A program made the translations under genes and the position numbers. Below the pieces are notes generated by a model. The model made no database searches, was not told the DNA's origin, and saw nothing but the letters and a program-made list of their open reading frames with translations. DNA of 63,206 bases, the filler included, from Rhabdomonas costata (Eukaryota), in the NCBI GenBank assembly GCA_019059605.1. It is 26 parts of 26 records of this genome, joined end to end, with 100 filler letters (N's around TTAATTAATTAA, not from the genome) between each part and the next. Parts side by side here need not be neighbours in the genome. Positions count along the whole stretch, not along the records: positions 1 to 2,337 come from JAHMHO010003941.1; positions 2,438 to 4,774 come from JAHMHO010003942.1; positions 4,875 to 7,209 come from JAHMHO010003943.1; positions 7,310 to 9,649 come from JAHMHO010003944.1; positions 9,750 to 12,086 come from JAHMHO010003945.1; positions 12,187 to 14,522 come from JAHMHO010003946.1; 20 more parts are not named here. The stretch is one strand, 5' to 3'. Positions 1 through 13,285 of the stretch are shown here, one piece after another; the stretch's first letter is position 1, and every line of letters begins with the position of its first letter.

Positions 1-1600
1 TTCGTCAATGAATATATTTTCACCAGCCCGTGTCACCAGCGGCTGGGGTTGCAAACGCCAGTTATTCATCCTGAACGCTTGTAGCGCACGGCAGAGGGAC
101 AGTTGTGGAGGCACAAGACGTTGGACCCTTTGTTACCAGAAGATATTCTGTTTGGACACTTTTGAGCACAATTTTTTGTGGAGTTTACAGAACGTTCAGT
201 TTTTGTATCTCAGTGGTGTTAAGTGCACGGTTGAGTGGAGTGATTGTACAGATTGTACCACATAGCTGGAAGCTTTTTGGAAAATGAAAAAACTGATTCC
301 AAAGAAGTATTACACCACCTGACCCAACGGCGGAACCCATACACCCCTCGGACCCAACATCCAACGGAACCTGAAACCCAAACCCCGAAATCCAAATTCA
401 CAAATACCGAAGCAAGAATTCCAAACCCATGATGCAAGAACCCAGTGAAGCACATTACCAGTACAGACACGCTGCAGCTACGCTCCTGTTTATGGGGCCC
501 CCTGTCTTTGCTGGTACCCGGTACCGCACGCTCCCGAGATGTTGAACCCCGAATACCAAGAACAACGCTAACCCCACTCGCTACGCTCCACTCAGACTCA
601 AAACCCTGTGAAACTGTATCGCCGCAAAGGACAATTAACTTTTTGTGGGCCTTCAACATCTCTTCCTTTGAAGCAATCCCTGTAATCACCCAAAACTCGA
701 AGTCGTACTCTTTCATCCACTGCACCAGCTTCCGGCTATCTTGAGTGAATGGCAACTGGTCATAATACCATCGCTCCAGCAATCTCTGGAATGCGAACAT
801 CTCCTCCATGGATTGTCCAGGATCTCCCGCAACTGTTTCGTCGCAACGTCAATTGTCAACAAGAACCTCACCCAGCACTGGTACTGCGGAGATTGACGGG
901 CTCCATGGCCTCCTCCAAGTCCCCACACCCGTGAACATATATCCTGCAGTCACCGTAAGAACGCCTTCCAAAAGGGAGTAACCACCAAAACAGCATCACT
1001 GGAGTCCGTACGGGTCCGGACTCACCGGGTATACCGTGGTCCTAATGCTCGGAACCAACGCATACAGCACGTACACCTTGTCCTCTTTCCCGCACTGGAC
1101 TTGCCGTCCGTTTGCTGTGGAATAACAAAAAAGCTGGATACTCTGGCTTAGGTCGGGACTCTGGATGCACAGTACACCCTGATGTCTGGAGAAAGAACAT
1201 TCAACAACGTCTGGTTTTGTAATTTCTCTGTACTCAACTGCTGCACCCTTATCCCTATGGCCTACAACGAGTCAAACATTGTCTTCAGCTCAATTGTTGC
1301 TAAAAACGACTCAGAGAAAACCTCTGCCGTGAATTCCTTTTCTGTCCTCTCTCTTCTCAAGAATACCATATGTGGTTGTGTCTTCAACGCTTGGAGCCTT
1401 ATGATTTTCTTCTCAGCCTCATACTTGTTCTGTGAAGGGAGATGATGCCGGTCTGGCAAAATCGGAGCTCTTTGGGACAAAAGGTCTCCAAGAGTTAACC
1501 AAAGCAACCACACCCGGCACTCTGCATCATGGTCATGGGCAAAGCTCCATCTGCAACAAGTGGGAGGGTGGGTTGAGTTCACCTTGGTGGGGTTCACGTT
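1..1600 (-). mobile_element. Degenerate, internally deleted Ty3/gypsy LTR retrotransposon (gag-like, RNase H, integrase N-terminus)
   Basis: Minus-strand translation across stops and frameshifts: RNase H-like EEMFAFQRLLERWYY...KLVQWMKEYDFEFWVITG (~680-810); integrase zinc-finger/core start SLHSTVH...IFW*QRVQRLV...CRALQAF...LQPQPLVTRAGENIFID (1-270); helical gag-like ORF 1262-1597. Confidence 0.6.
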
Positions 1601-2337
1601 TGTGGGTTAAGGTCTGTGTGTGTGTGGGTCTTGGTGGTTGGGGTGGAGGTTGGGGCTCTGTATGTTTCTGTGGTTGTTGCTGGTGGGCTGGGGTTGGGGT
1701 TGCGTTCTTGCTGCTGGTGGTAGAGTGGGTGGGGAGTTCTGATCTTGGTTTTTTGGGGTTGCTTGTGAGTGGGTGGGTAGAATTTGACACCCAGGTTACG
1801 ACCGGAGCGCACTGGTGTACAATCATGCACTGTGGTGTAGAAGACAAGCGACATTGATGACAGCAGGGAATGGTGCGGGTAATACCTGGCTGCGATCAAG
1901 GAGGTGAGCTGTGCCGGTTAACCACGCATAGTGGCACTGACTGACAGCCTGGTTGGGTGCCCGCATGGTTTTTGGTGAAGGGTACGGCCATGTGTGAGGT
2001 GACATAATGGTGTCAGGAACGCTACTGTTGTGTGCACTCCATTGTATGCTAACGGTGACACCTTACACCGTGGTGCTGGGTACCATGTCTGCCCTCCCGT
2101 CGCACCCCCACCACCAGCTGCCGGTTCCTGGTGAAGTGACGCCCCCATGTACTCACCGGCGAGTGTGTGGAGTGGAGGTGGTCTTTCTGGGTTTCCTAAA
2201 ATCTCTGACACAAAGGAAGGTTTTGTGCAACTGTATAATTGGAGGGGAGGGGGGTTATGTAAGGTGCATAATTACCCCCACCACCTTCACCAAATGTCGC
2301 AGGTCACATCAACAGGGCACGAGGTCAACAGGTCACA

Positions 2338-2437
2338 NNNNNNNNNNNNNNNNNNNNNNNNNNNNNNNNNNNNNNNNNNNNTTAATTAATTAANNNNNNN
2401 NNNNNNNNNNNNNNNNNNNNNNNNNNNNNNNNNNNNN
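2338..2437. other. Artificial contig linker N44-TTAATTAATTAA-N44 (first of 25)
   Basis: Same ~100-nt spacer with stops in all six frames recurs every ~2.43 kb (e.g. 4775-4874, 7210-7309, 34011-34110, 60774-60873); flanking sequences are unrelated. Confidence 0.98.
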
Positions 2438-5199
2438 GTTTGGAAGCTCCCACGTTCAGGGTGCTTTTTTATGAAACATATACGGAATATGACACCAAGG
2501 TGACATCACATTGCTCAGTGTTCAAAGAGGGGGGATGCACACTTCCTCTTCCGCCTCACCATCCTCCGGCCGTGGCAGCGCAGAGTAGGGCGGCGGCGGT
2601 GGGTGTGGGGGCGGAGCTGCCGACTCCGCCAAGGGGGCGGCCACAGGCACAGGTTCCCCACCCATAGCGGAGCTGATCAAGTCGTGGATAGTGGCCACCT
2701 TTTGAGACCCGGAGACCACAAAGGATGGCTGGCATAAACCATTCCTGGTAATTACCGGGCACAGGGTCAAGTACAATTGCTCGGGTGCGAGGAATAAAGG
2801 AGGTGCCTGATAAGGGTCATAAACGGCCGCGCAGAGATCACAGCAGAGGGCCCTAGGAATCTTGAGCATTCCGGTGCCAGTATAAAATAATCCTGAAGGC
2901 AAAACGAATACTCCCAGACGAATGCTGGGGCTACTTCCGAGCCTGTAGAGGCAAGAAGACCCAAACAACCAACAACGCAGGTTCCAAACAACGTTTGGGT
3001 TTGGGGTTGAGAGGGAAAGGGGCGCCGATACCTTCTCTGCCAGAGGCGGGCTCGGGGCGGGTGGAGGCGGCGGCCTGATCCGCGCGAGCGCCACCAAGTC
3101 CAGTACACTGACCAGCCCACACATCATGGGGCTTTCCGAAGAAACCCCCGGAGAACCCTCGCCGCTGCTGCTGCCGTTGCTGCTTCTACTGCTGCTGCCC
3201 CACCACCCACCATACCCACCATTCCGCCACCACGACTACCCCAAGTCCCCTCGCCTTTGTGCCCACTTCCGCCACAGCCCACACCACCAGTATTTCCGCT
3301 GTCCTTTGGGGAAATGCTTTGGAGAGCGGAGCTGGGCAGAAAACCAGTTGGCTAGGGTTTATGATGTTTTGTGCGCTCCACCCACAGCCGTATATTGAGA
3401 GAGGGCGTTGAGAGGGGTGGGGGCAGGAATATAATCTTAGGGCCATGCTTTTTTTTTTGAATTCATTTCCCGGTGGGATGGGGATGGGTGGTCCGCCCTC
3501 TTACACGGAAGGGCCAGACTTTTCTCAGAACTCGGCGCCAGGGTGTGCAGCCGGGAAGATCCGCAACTGTGTGGTCGCGGAAACCAGTGAATAACACCCA
3601 TGAGGCAAATCTCCGCTCGCGCTCCATCTTAAAGTGTTGCACCAGAATCCCCCTTGTGCAGCTTCAGGTACTCACCGGATTTGTGTGCTGTTGGGAGTGA
3701 TTGTAAGGGCATACCACCACCACCACCACCACCACCAGGCGAGTGAATCGAAGCGAAATGCTCTATGCATCATCGTTGATGATAACATTGGCAGGAACGG
3801 CCATTACCCAACGTTGAATCGAGCAATGGGGTGATGGGGAGAGATTAGCATCCTATAAGCAGATACGATGCCATACAAACTTCTATTCAGTGTGCATACT
3901 GCCTCCCTCCCCTTTTCAAAACGGCATTTGCCCTCCACCACTGCTTTATTCTACCTCGCCCGCACCTCCTTCCCCTTCCCCAGCGCAAGATGGTGGTGAG
4001 GCCATCCTGTCCAATGCCCTGATTGCTTGGCTCACCGAATAAGGAGGGAGGGGTTTGGGAGGGCGGGAACCGCTTTCGTTTCATTTTTTTTGGGGACTGG
4101 CCTGCGGCCTTGGGGTTTGTCTTGTTCTTTGGTTTGCCTCGGGCCTTTCCCCTGACACTCACCTTTTCACCGCCCCGTGTGTCCCTCCTCAACTTAACAG
4201 CCGCTTTTAGCCGCTCAACCCGCTCCGTCACCGTGGTTTCTCAGCTTAGAATTTGGAATGCCACCCCACAGCCCTCCTACTCCACTTCTCACTCTAGTTC
4301 GCCTGCCTCACTTCTTCAACCATGCCGACGTTTTGGTCCACCACATGCTCATTTTTATGACGTTGTCTCTTCCCCCACACATACACGCAGACACAACTTC
4401 CACTGCGCACTCCTCTCAAATATGCCTCTACAGCCCCAGCCGCCGACATGGCCGCCGCCGAATGATTATGGCGGTGGATTCCCTTGCCTTTCTAGGTACA
4501 CACGCTATCATCCACACTTGGTTTGTGGAATCTTCCATTTTTTATGCTCACGGGCGCGGGTATGGCGTCAGCCATTTTTCTGTTTGCTTTCTGTTTGATT
4601 TTGCGAACTGGCTGCGGCTTTGCAAAGGAGCCCAAGACACTGCATGGGCCGCGCAGTAAAGGGCTTAACATCTACCAGCTCCTTTCAGGCGCTGGCACAC
4701 ACACACACACACATGCACACTCTCAATTGCTCGTCCTCTGGCGAGTTTGCTCACATACAGATGCACCCCAACACNNNNNNNNNNNNNNNNNNNNNNNNNN
4801 NNNNNNNNNNNNNNNNNNTTAATTAATTAANNNNNNNNNNNNNNNNNNNNNNNNNNNNNNNNNNNNNNNNNNNNTGGTGGTTGGGAATCTCTCTCCGATG
4901 GTCCGTTCGTCAGTCAAAGCGTTCTTTACTCTCTGCCCTTCTCTCTCTGGGTGTGTGTTTTTGTTTTTGAGGTGGTTGTTTAGCTGGGGAACTGTGAGAC
5001 CTTTCTCCTTCTATCTCTTTCTGTTCTCGGGCCCCACTTCGTCTGCCGCCGTTCCCCACTGTGTTTTGTGTGTTCCCACCTCCCTGCAGCCCCCGTGATC
5101 CACCCGATTGTCATGAAGTGCTTGTCTCTGGCTTCCCCCCGATCGTCGCCTTCTCCATTGTTTTTTGTCGCCATCACCAATCTCCATGTTGCACCGCAG

Positions 5200-6613
5200 G
5201 GCAGGCACACTGGACCCGCACGTTGGCGCAGCATCCTTGCTTTTTTTGTGGGTCCACTGCCTGGTGCCTGTTGAACTTTAGCCCTTATGTCTTCTTCACC
5301 CTGTGGGAAAGTGAGGGAGCTGCGATCGACCTCCGCTGCAGTCGCAGCACAGCAATTAGTTCACGGCATCGATTCGGGACCCCGTAACTGAGCACGCTTC
5401 CGATGCTCCTTGCCACCTATGGATACACTGAGATCGACACTGAGATCGATTGTAGGAAGTTCGCGTCCTCTTTCTCAAAATGAAGCAAGAGAAATTTCGA
5501 AGAAACGGTGGTCGATATACGCCCGCCCTTCCCCGCTTCGACAGAATGGATGGATATGGGGCTCATGGTTTCTTGCCTCAAAAGAGCGTGCTCCAGACGT
5601 TCTCCGACTCCCACCCAGCATGAGCACTCTGTCTCTTCCCCGGAGCATAGGCACAGGATCGTGCTGATTGGCTGGCACTTTGCAGTGGAAGGTTTGTCAC
5701 AAGGCAAAGGGAAAGCGAGAAGGCCATCCCTTGGAGATGGCGGTGCTGTCCTGGAAAAGAGGGGTCTGGCCACCGAACTGGCTGCTACTGGCACCCGACT
5801 GGAGATCTTCCCTCCCTTCGAGTGTTCAGGTTGCGCAGATGGTGCTGGCCACCTCTTTTTCGCAAAGAGAGTGGCATTCAACGGACCAGAACTTTCACCA
5901 CGGGCACTGGAACGAACCGAATGATCCACTCCCAAAAACTTGAGGAAGAGCCATGACCCGGCCACAAGAACAGCAGCTGTTCCCCATCGTGTCTGTGATG
6001 CTTGCAATGAGCTTGCAAGTGAGGTGGTAGGTGAGGTGTGCTGTTTGGGTTAGAATCACGAACGGTGATTCCGAGCCCTCCCGGGAACACTCACAGAAAA
6101 AAATCAGTGCATAACCCAAGCTTTCTGCCGGTTGCTGCCATCCCTGTGCAGAGCTGGAGCCGCTTTGGCAGGTGTAAAAATCACCCACACGCTCGCACGG
6201 ACCTTTTTTGCATCTACACCAAGGCAGGGTCAGCTACTTTCGAGTACTTTCCAGTCAAGACCCCACGAACCCGTCGGGGAAGGGGAAGGGGACCGCTTAA
6301 AAATGGAATTGCACGTGCGCGCGCTTCGAAAATTGTGTCAGGTTCCGGTGCAGGGTGTGGATGTGTATGGCCAGTCGTGCACCCTGCCGTGCAGCGATGC
6401 CTCCTCCCCCAACAATTCCCCCTCCCCCACACGGGGCTCACACTCGCACAGTTGCTGGCGTCCATCGGGTACTTCTCTAACGTGGTTCTGCTGGCGATGT
6501 CCAACGGGGAGAAGCCCGCGCTGCCCCCCCACGCGCTGTACGAGCAGCCCATGATGTTCCAGACCCCGCGGACGGCCAGCGAGCTCGAGGCCTTCACCAA
6601 GATGCTGCCCCAG
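5200..6613 (+). CDS. Hypothetical multi-exon gene fragment with very short exons
   Basis: AG/GT-bounded exons 5200-5221, 5282-5310, 5545-5567 and 5651-5691 join in frame (GQAHWTRTPYVFFTLWEKWMDMGLMAQDRADWLALCSG); GC3-rich exon ~6452-6613 (LLASIGYFSNVVLLAMSNGEKPALPPHALYEQPMMFQTPR). No family recognised. Confidence 0.35.
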
Positions 6614-7309
6614 GGTACACTTCTCCGTCTATCTGCCCGCTTGGAGAACGCAAATGAGTTTTGGGTTGGCCAGTATTATATTTATAGTTTTTATAGTACA
6701 AGGGTAAGGCAAGAATAGAAGACAGACCGATGAAGGGGAGAGGGAGGGAGAGGGTAAAGGAATAAAAGGCGAAAACTTAAAAAAAAAACGGAAGAAGAAA
6801 TGGCCACGTGTATCTCCCTTGTGTTTCTCCGTCTCCCTCTCCATGTGGTGTCCAAAAGTTCCGAAGCAAGTTCCGAAACAACTCGGACCCTCACCTCTCG
6901 CCGAATCTCGAAAACAACCCAAGGCTCCGCGATGGACACTCGATTCGAAGCGGTTCGCCGCACTGCCCCTTGGAGACTTCATCGCCCCAAATGAGAAAAA
7001 TGAAAAACCCTGTGCCTGTGCATAGAGGAGGTCAGTAAAGCGTAGAAGCCCTATTGCGGGCGCGTAGTGGGTTGAACCTTTATTACAAACACGACTGTGC
7101 AGATTTTGCTTCTTCGCTCCTTCTCAGGGGTGCGGTTCCCGTTCCAGGAGGTCCTCCCTGGAGCCTTGGCGGAGATGGGGCCGAACCCCCACAATACCCC
7201 AACCCCACCNNNNNNNNNNNNNNNNNNNNNNNNNNNNNNNNNNNNNNNNNNNNTTAATTAATTAANNNNNNNNNNNNNNNNNNNNNNNNNNNNNNNNNNN
7301 NNNNNNNNN

Positions 7310-8362
7310 GGTTTTGTGTAGTCTTTGCACCGCCTCAAAGCTCCACACCAAGAGCATGATGGTGTAGCTGTTCAGCGCGGCAAAGACTACGATAAACCCC
7401 AAGAAGGGAATCTGTGAAACGCGGACGGAGAAGGGACGAACAGGGGGGTTGTGGCATGAAGTTGTAGAAGGAGGAAGGTGTCTTTCGTCAGGATGGAGGA
7501 GAGGAGAAGGGAATACCGGGTTAGGAGGTTCTCCCTCCTCACGCAGACCTAGGGATGCAGGGAACCAAACTTGTTGATGGAGATCTGCAGTGCAGAGTTT
7601 CATATAAGTGTAACACAATGTGGAGAACCTCGACCCTACAAGAACGTTTTTTGTCCCCAGCAAATCAAATTTACGAGCCTCCCTTCTCCACCTGAACTGT
7701 ACAAGCTCCCAACGTAAAAATAGCATCGTCAAAACAGTGGTCGTTTGGTAAAGCATCGCAACCCCATGCAACGCCTCAACCGCCCGCCCGGTGAACTCCG
7801 GGGCCTCCCACCTCAATCCCTTCATCCTAATACAAAGTTAAGCTCCGTGCTAACCGTATATCATCACTCTCCCCCCCAGACGAAACTGCGGTTTTGCCTT
7901 TCTCTTGAACATTTGTTCATTTTATTGACACAACTCACTACCCTCCCTCCCGCCCAACCACTTTAAGAGGCTATGAACGGCGCCTTGTGTTGCCTTGGTT
8001 GGTAGAAAGAAAAAATTCCGTAAGAACACACTGTCCCAACACCCTCAGAACTCCGAGAGCAGACAAAAACATACCATCCCACAACCGCTCAGCACAAAGG
8101 GGAGGCCTAAGATCCCGCTCCCAATCGAGCTTTTCGCCATTGTGGAGAAGGAGTCCAGCAAGCCTTGGCCAGCGTGAAGCCCAACCGCGTCGTCCCAGCC
8201 CAAGTGCTTATCTGTGGAGTGTCGCCCCAGCAGCGGCTGCCCAGCGCCGAGGCTCAACCCTTCAACCACCAGCTCTGAGGGGCCCGCAACCATTAGAGAG
8301 TGCGCCGCAGAAAAGCTCTGAGGAGTGCTGCTCCACTGCGGAGTTAGTGCTTTGGACATCAT
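7310..8362 (-). CDS. Amino-acid transporter (Aa_trans/SLC38-like), 5' part; exons 8075-8362 and 7310-7411
   Basis: Joined translation FSTMAKSSIGSGILGLPFVLSGCGM|IPFLGFIVVFAALNSYTIMLLV matches the TM1-TM2 signature (IGsGILgLP...G...YT..LL); GT-AG intron 7412-8074. Confidence 0.85.
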
Positions 8363-9570
8363 TCTTCAATCAAAGAAAATAACAGAAAATACCCTTTTCC
8401 CACTGAGCCCCAACTCATAAAACATAAACGAAAACGAAAAAAAAAGCGGAAAATCCTGACCATGAGCAAAGGGTGAGAGCAAAAACTCCTTTTCCCCGAA
8501 AGGGATAAGCCCATCGCATAGGGCAACGAAAACTGGGGGCAACAAAAGGTTATCCCAAGGTTTTAAATGTCGAATAAACTTGTTTTCGTAAAGAGAGGGC
8601 TAAGCCGAAGCAGGCTTGGGGGGTTTTGCATACTTTCGTTTCATACACGTTTTTTTTGCAGAGAAATAAAACGACACTGACAGCCACAATTTCCAGAGGT
8701 TCGTTTTACTGAACGTAAGAAAAAACGGGGCTAAGAACGGGAAGGGGGAGGGAAAAGGGAGAAAAAAGAACAACCAACACAATGAATTCGCGGGTTGGGG
8801 GGGAGAAACACCGGGTGAACATTGTAAACATTGTTTTAGCCAGACCCAGAAATTCAAGCAGTGCAACAAATAGCCCTTCGAATTATCACAACAGAGCTGA
8901 AAACAGTTGTGGAAAGCATCATTGCTTAGCGTAGACAATGCGCATCCCTGAGAGCTTGATACTCACCAAAACAGACACCGAAACCACACGCAACAGTCTT
9001 AGCTGCAAAACACACAGTCATCAACCCGATCGATTCGGAATGACAGCAAAACGACACGACACAGAACCCGGCACGCTCGCTTCGCCACACCAACCCCTCA
9101 TCCATCCCACGTGAGACGGCGAAGCGCGCAATGGCAAGGGGAGCGTTCACCATCCCCAAACCACACTGCCACCACCCGTCAACTGGGGACAGGGGGGTGG
9201 TGGGAATCGTGACGTCTCAAAAAGGTTCCCTTCAGTAAAAGGCCGTGAAGAGCGTGAACACTGGAACACAGGACAGGCCAACAACCAGCATCAGCCAGGC
9301 ACCGTAGCGGGAAGGGTAGCTCTTATCGGGACCCACATTGGCGATCGACATCGTGACTTGGTTCACCTGGTCCAAGCAAAAATCATTCTTTGGGCGTGAA
9401 GGAGGAAACAGCGAACTAAGTTTCCTGCGCCGAAATTCCTGTCTAGAGAAAGCACTTTCGCAGTCTAGAGCCTACAGCCGCTGGAGGCAGAACCCGACGG
9501 AAATGAAGTGGGGATCCAATGCATTTGAATGTATCATTCAAAAACAAAAAGGGCCATCCAACAAAGCAAC

Positions 9571-9643
9571 GCAAAGCAAAGCAAAGCAAAGCAAAGCAAA
9601 GCAAAGCAAAGCAAAGCAAAGCAAAGCAAAGCAAAGCAAAGCA
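9571..9643 (+). repeat. (GCAAA)14 microsatellite
   Basis: Perfect pentanucleotide array at the contig end. Confidence 0.95.
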
Positions 9644-10099
9644 TCCGCTNNNNNNNNNNNNNNNNNNNNNNNNNNNNNNNNNNNNNNNNNNNNTTAATTA
9701 ATTAANNNNNNNNNNNNNNNNNNNNNNNNNNNNNNNNNNNNNNNNNNNNGTGGGTGTGTTTGGTTGGGTGGGTGCTGAACTTCGGAAATTCGGTTCAAGG
9801 CCCATTCCACGCAGCTTACACGCCAGGACACACGAGGGATTCTTCCCTGCGCAATCACATTTTCGGTTCGTTCTTTATCAACTTTTCAAGTTCGTGTGTG
9901 GTTGGCTTGTCCCTCAAAGGGTGTTTCTCGTAGAATTGAACTGGGAATCGGAACTGCCTGAAGCTGAATGGAGTTCGTGGGTACAAATAAATAAAAAAAG
10001 CCTCTAAAGATCTTGTGAGATTTAACCACTCCGGTTCTTCACGGTCAGCTCTCAGGGGAAGGGAAGTGCGTGTGTGTGTGTGTCTGTGTGGCGACAAAC

Positions 10100-10623
10100 C
10101 TTTTTGTGCACAGGGACAGGGACCACGACGTCCTGGGTGACCAAGTGCTCCACAGGAATGCGCACCTCCTGGTTCACCACCTGCTCGACAGCGTAGGGGA
10201 CATGAACGTGCCGAATCCGCTCCACGGGCACCTGAGCAGGCGATGCCATTCACTTTTGCATTGTACGCAAACATCAATATTGCGCATCAAATCAAAACGA
10301 CATTGGGGTGGTGCGCGTGTGAGTGCAAACCGGAATCTGGCGGGTGACGTTCTGGGTAACGTAGCGGGGCACGGGAACACTGGTCTGCACAACCCGCTCC
10401 ACGTGCACCGGAACAGCCCTCTGCACAATCCTCTCCACGGGCACAATGTGCTCACGGGCAATCGTCTCCACAACTAAGAGAGTACCCCACACACCAAACC
10501 GATGCGACGGGGTCAGCCGAGATGTTCGTATTCAATCGTGACGCATGTGTTTCGGAATCGACTATCGATTGTCTGGGAGCACTGGGGATGCTGGACTGCT
10601 CGCGAGGTTCCATATCCAGCCAT
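10100..10623 (-). CDS. Articulin (VPV-repeat pellicle protein), 5' exons 10563-10623 (tentative), 10331-10473, 10100-10231
   Basis: VETIAREHIVPVERIVQRAVPVHVERVVQTSVPVPRYVTQNVTRQIP|VPVERIRHVHVPYAVEQVVNQEVRIPVEHLVTQDVVVPVPVHKK shows ~12-aa VPV repeats; GT-AG introns 10474-10562 and 10232-10330 join in frame. Confidence 0.85.
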
Positions 10624-12186
10624 GCGAGGAGGAAGAGGAGCGGGCGCCCACTGTGACGGCTCGCTCACTCTCACGGCTCTCTCAATTCAGCTCTTCACTG
10701 GTGACGGCGACGCAACAGAAGATGATGTTGACGTTATTTTAACAACCTGTATGCGCGCTGCATCTGACCTGGCAGTGGCTGTATTTACTCTTCCTGTTGC
10801 AATCCCCACGCTGGTGAAAATGCCTCTTCTGGGAACGTTTGTGCATGTTTTTGTTACCTTCTTGTTGAAACCGAGAATTAGAATTTTAGGACTCTCAACA
10901 CAAATAGGCAAGGGCAATTTTGGAAAAAAAACAAAGCGCATACTTCGCTGGCGCTGAACGGGAACATAGTCGACTTCATTGTATACCTGAGAGAGTGCAA
11001 GAGCAGAGTCTTCCAATAAATCAATTCCAGTGGGCACCAAAATTAGTTCGTCACCTTTCGAAGCGCGCGTGGGTGAGGAAATGAAATGAGAGTTTGGAAC
11101 ACGCAGAAAAAAAAGAGTTATCCCACCCGGCTCATTCCACCAGTCAGTATTAGTCTTTGACTTTTGGACGGCGTGTAACAATCAGCAGATCAAACCCGAA
11201 CCCACAACGATTCTACCCACTAGCACAGAGCAAAGCCACTTCAGGTGATTCCAACTGTGCAGCGGCCCTCCAGGTCGTAAGCAAGTGAAAAAAAGCACTA
11301 GCAGAATCCCATCATCAAAACGACAGACTGATGGTGAGGTCGTGTGTGTTGAGCGCGCGGGCTGTTTGCTGACTGGCCGCTGGGGTCCCGGGCCTTATCG
11401 CGCAACTGCTTTTCCAGTAGCTATTCACGCTGCTCTATTGCTGCTTAGGTCTCGGAGGCTCCGTCCTCCAACTTTGGGTGGCCCGTTATTCTCCTCAAAA
11501 CTATCCTCTTGTGCTGTGGTGTGTCCAGCACCAGTGACACCCGTCTGAACCAAAAAAAACTGGGAGCGGCATTTGTGATGGCAGTATAAGCAATGCGCGG
11601 TGCCCCTTGAATAGAATAGAAGTGTATGCAGGGTATTTGAGGGCGAAGCACGGTTCTGTGATTAAAAAGTTCAAAAAAGAGAGAGAGAGAGTATCCCCCT
11701 GATGCCTTTGCTAGCGGCCTGTTTATCGCACAATCGCCCCAGGACTGCTGCATGGTTTCGCTTTGCTATGTTCTTGCTTTGGATGCACTACTCCAAGACC
11801 CAAACAACAGAAGGGAAACACACAAGAAATAAGAACTACAGGGTCTAATCTCTCATTCTATTATTCCCTTTCCCGCCTTTCTGGCAGATCAATTCTTCTC
11901 ATCCTCTCTCTCTCTCTCTCTCCATCCCTCTCTCGCTTTCCTCCCTACCTGAATCTGCAGTTTCCAACTATCACAGCAACACTGCTGTATACAATCCCAA
12001 TGGGTTGTGAAATAACTAGAAAAGTTCGTTGTGTGCGCTGGTAGGCCGAGAATCGAAAGTTTCCGAAATTGGTTGAAAAACCCACCNNNNNNNNNNNNNN
12101 NNNNNNNNNNNNNNNNNNNNNNNNNNNNNNTTAATTAATTAANNNNNNNNNNNNNNNNNNNNNNNNNNNNNNNNNNNNNNNNNNNN

Positions 12187-13285
12187 GGTTGTTGGTGGGC
12201 GCCTGATGGCAGGTCAGCTCTAGCGCCCGCCTGCAGAAGCTGAGCAACGATTTCCAGATGCCCCGAAAAAGAAGCGAGGAGCAAGGGGGTGGCCATATAT
12301 CTCTCGCGCTGCTCGTCGGTCAACGCTGTGTCTTCGTGCACAATAAAGGCGAAGAAAAGTCATCAGGGAGGGGTTGGGGTAAGGGATACCCTAAGGGATA
12401 CAGCTTGGGTTTGTTGGCTCCGATATATGCATGCGATTCCCGAAGATGTGCACGGGGTTAGACCTGTGACATTTCAGGAGAAGCGAAGCACGTGGTCAAA
12501 GTCAATACTCCCTTGATCAAATGTACCATACCGGATAAGTATCTGCCCGCGAGAGTATGCATCCCCCCTCCGTCCGCCAGGTACGGGGAGGCGGGGAAAC
12601 GTGGCCAAACGTGGCCAAATCCCGCCCATTACAGGGCAACATTTCCAGCAGGTGAGAAAAGGCACTGCAACCAAAGAAACAAGACGCACTTTTCCGACGC
12701 GCACGGACGTACCCAGGCCTTTCAGCCGCGGCTGAAGAGTGGGGCCGCTGAGCTCCACCCCATGAAGAACACCATCTATCGTTCACAGGGTGGTGGTGAG
12801 AGGGGGAGATAGGTGCAGACAAAACAAGGCAAATCCCTCATACACCACCATACACAGGTGCAGGCTCTTGTCTATCCTTCCCCAAATGAACGCGTACCTC
12901 TACACCTATACAGACAATTCGCAAAATAGCAGGATATGAAAGAAGGTAGGGAGAAAGCTCACATACAGGCGAACTTGACTTGGCGGAAGAGCACCATGCC
13001 TGAACATCCTGAATGCGGCTGGAAAGAAAGAGAGCTTTGTCCCTCGAGGCACCTGAAAGCTCTCTGGAGGCTAAAATTAACTTTTGGGGGGAATTTACAG
13101 GAATGCCATCTGGCAGGATGTGCACGCGTGTGAAGGTTTTTGTGACGACGAGGAGAGGGAGGGAGGGAGGGAGTATGAGGAAGACCAATGCGGGGAAGTC
13201 CCAAGCTATTCACATCACCGCCCCTCTGAAGGTGGCCCATAACTCCGGGGAGGTCTCCGCAAATAGCACAGGTCCAAATGTCCAT
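12187..13285 (-). CDS. Ankyrin-repeat protein, 5' part; exons 13186-13285 and 12187-12325
   Basis: MDIWTCAICGDLPGVMGHLQRGGDVN and TPLLLASFSGHLEIVAQLLQAGARAD match the ankyrin consensus; GT/AG boundaries are phase-compatible. Confidence 0.85.

Noticed and set aside
2382-2393. Regularly spaced TTAATTAATTAA as a CRISPR-like or biological repeat
   Set aside because: Always embedded in N runs at fixed geometry; it is a six-frame-stop assembly linker.
2522-3127. 201-aa proline-rich ORF
   Set aside because: Could contain real exons, but I cannot support a family or reliable splice boundaries.
9338-9701. ORFs with KAKQS or LCFAL repeats
   Set aside because: Translations of the (GCAAA)n microsatellite running into the linker.
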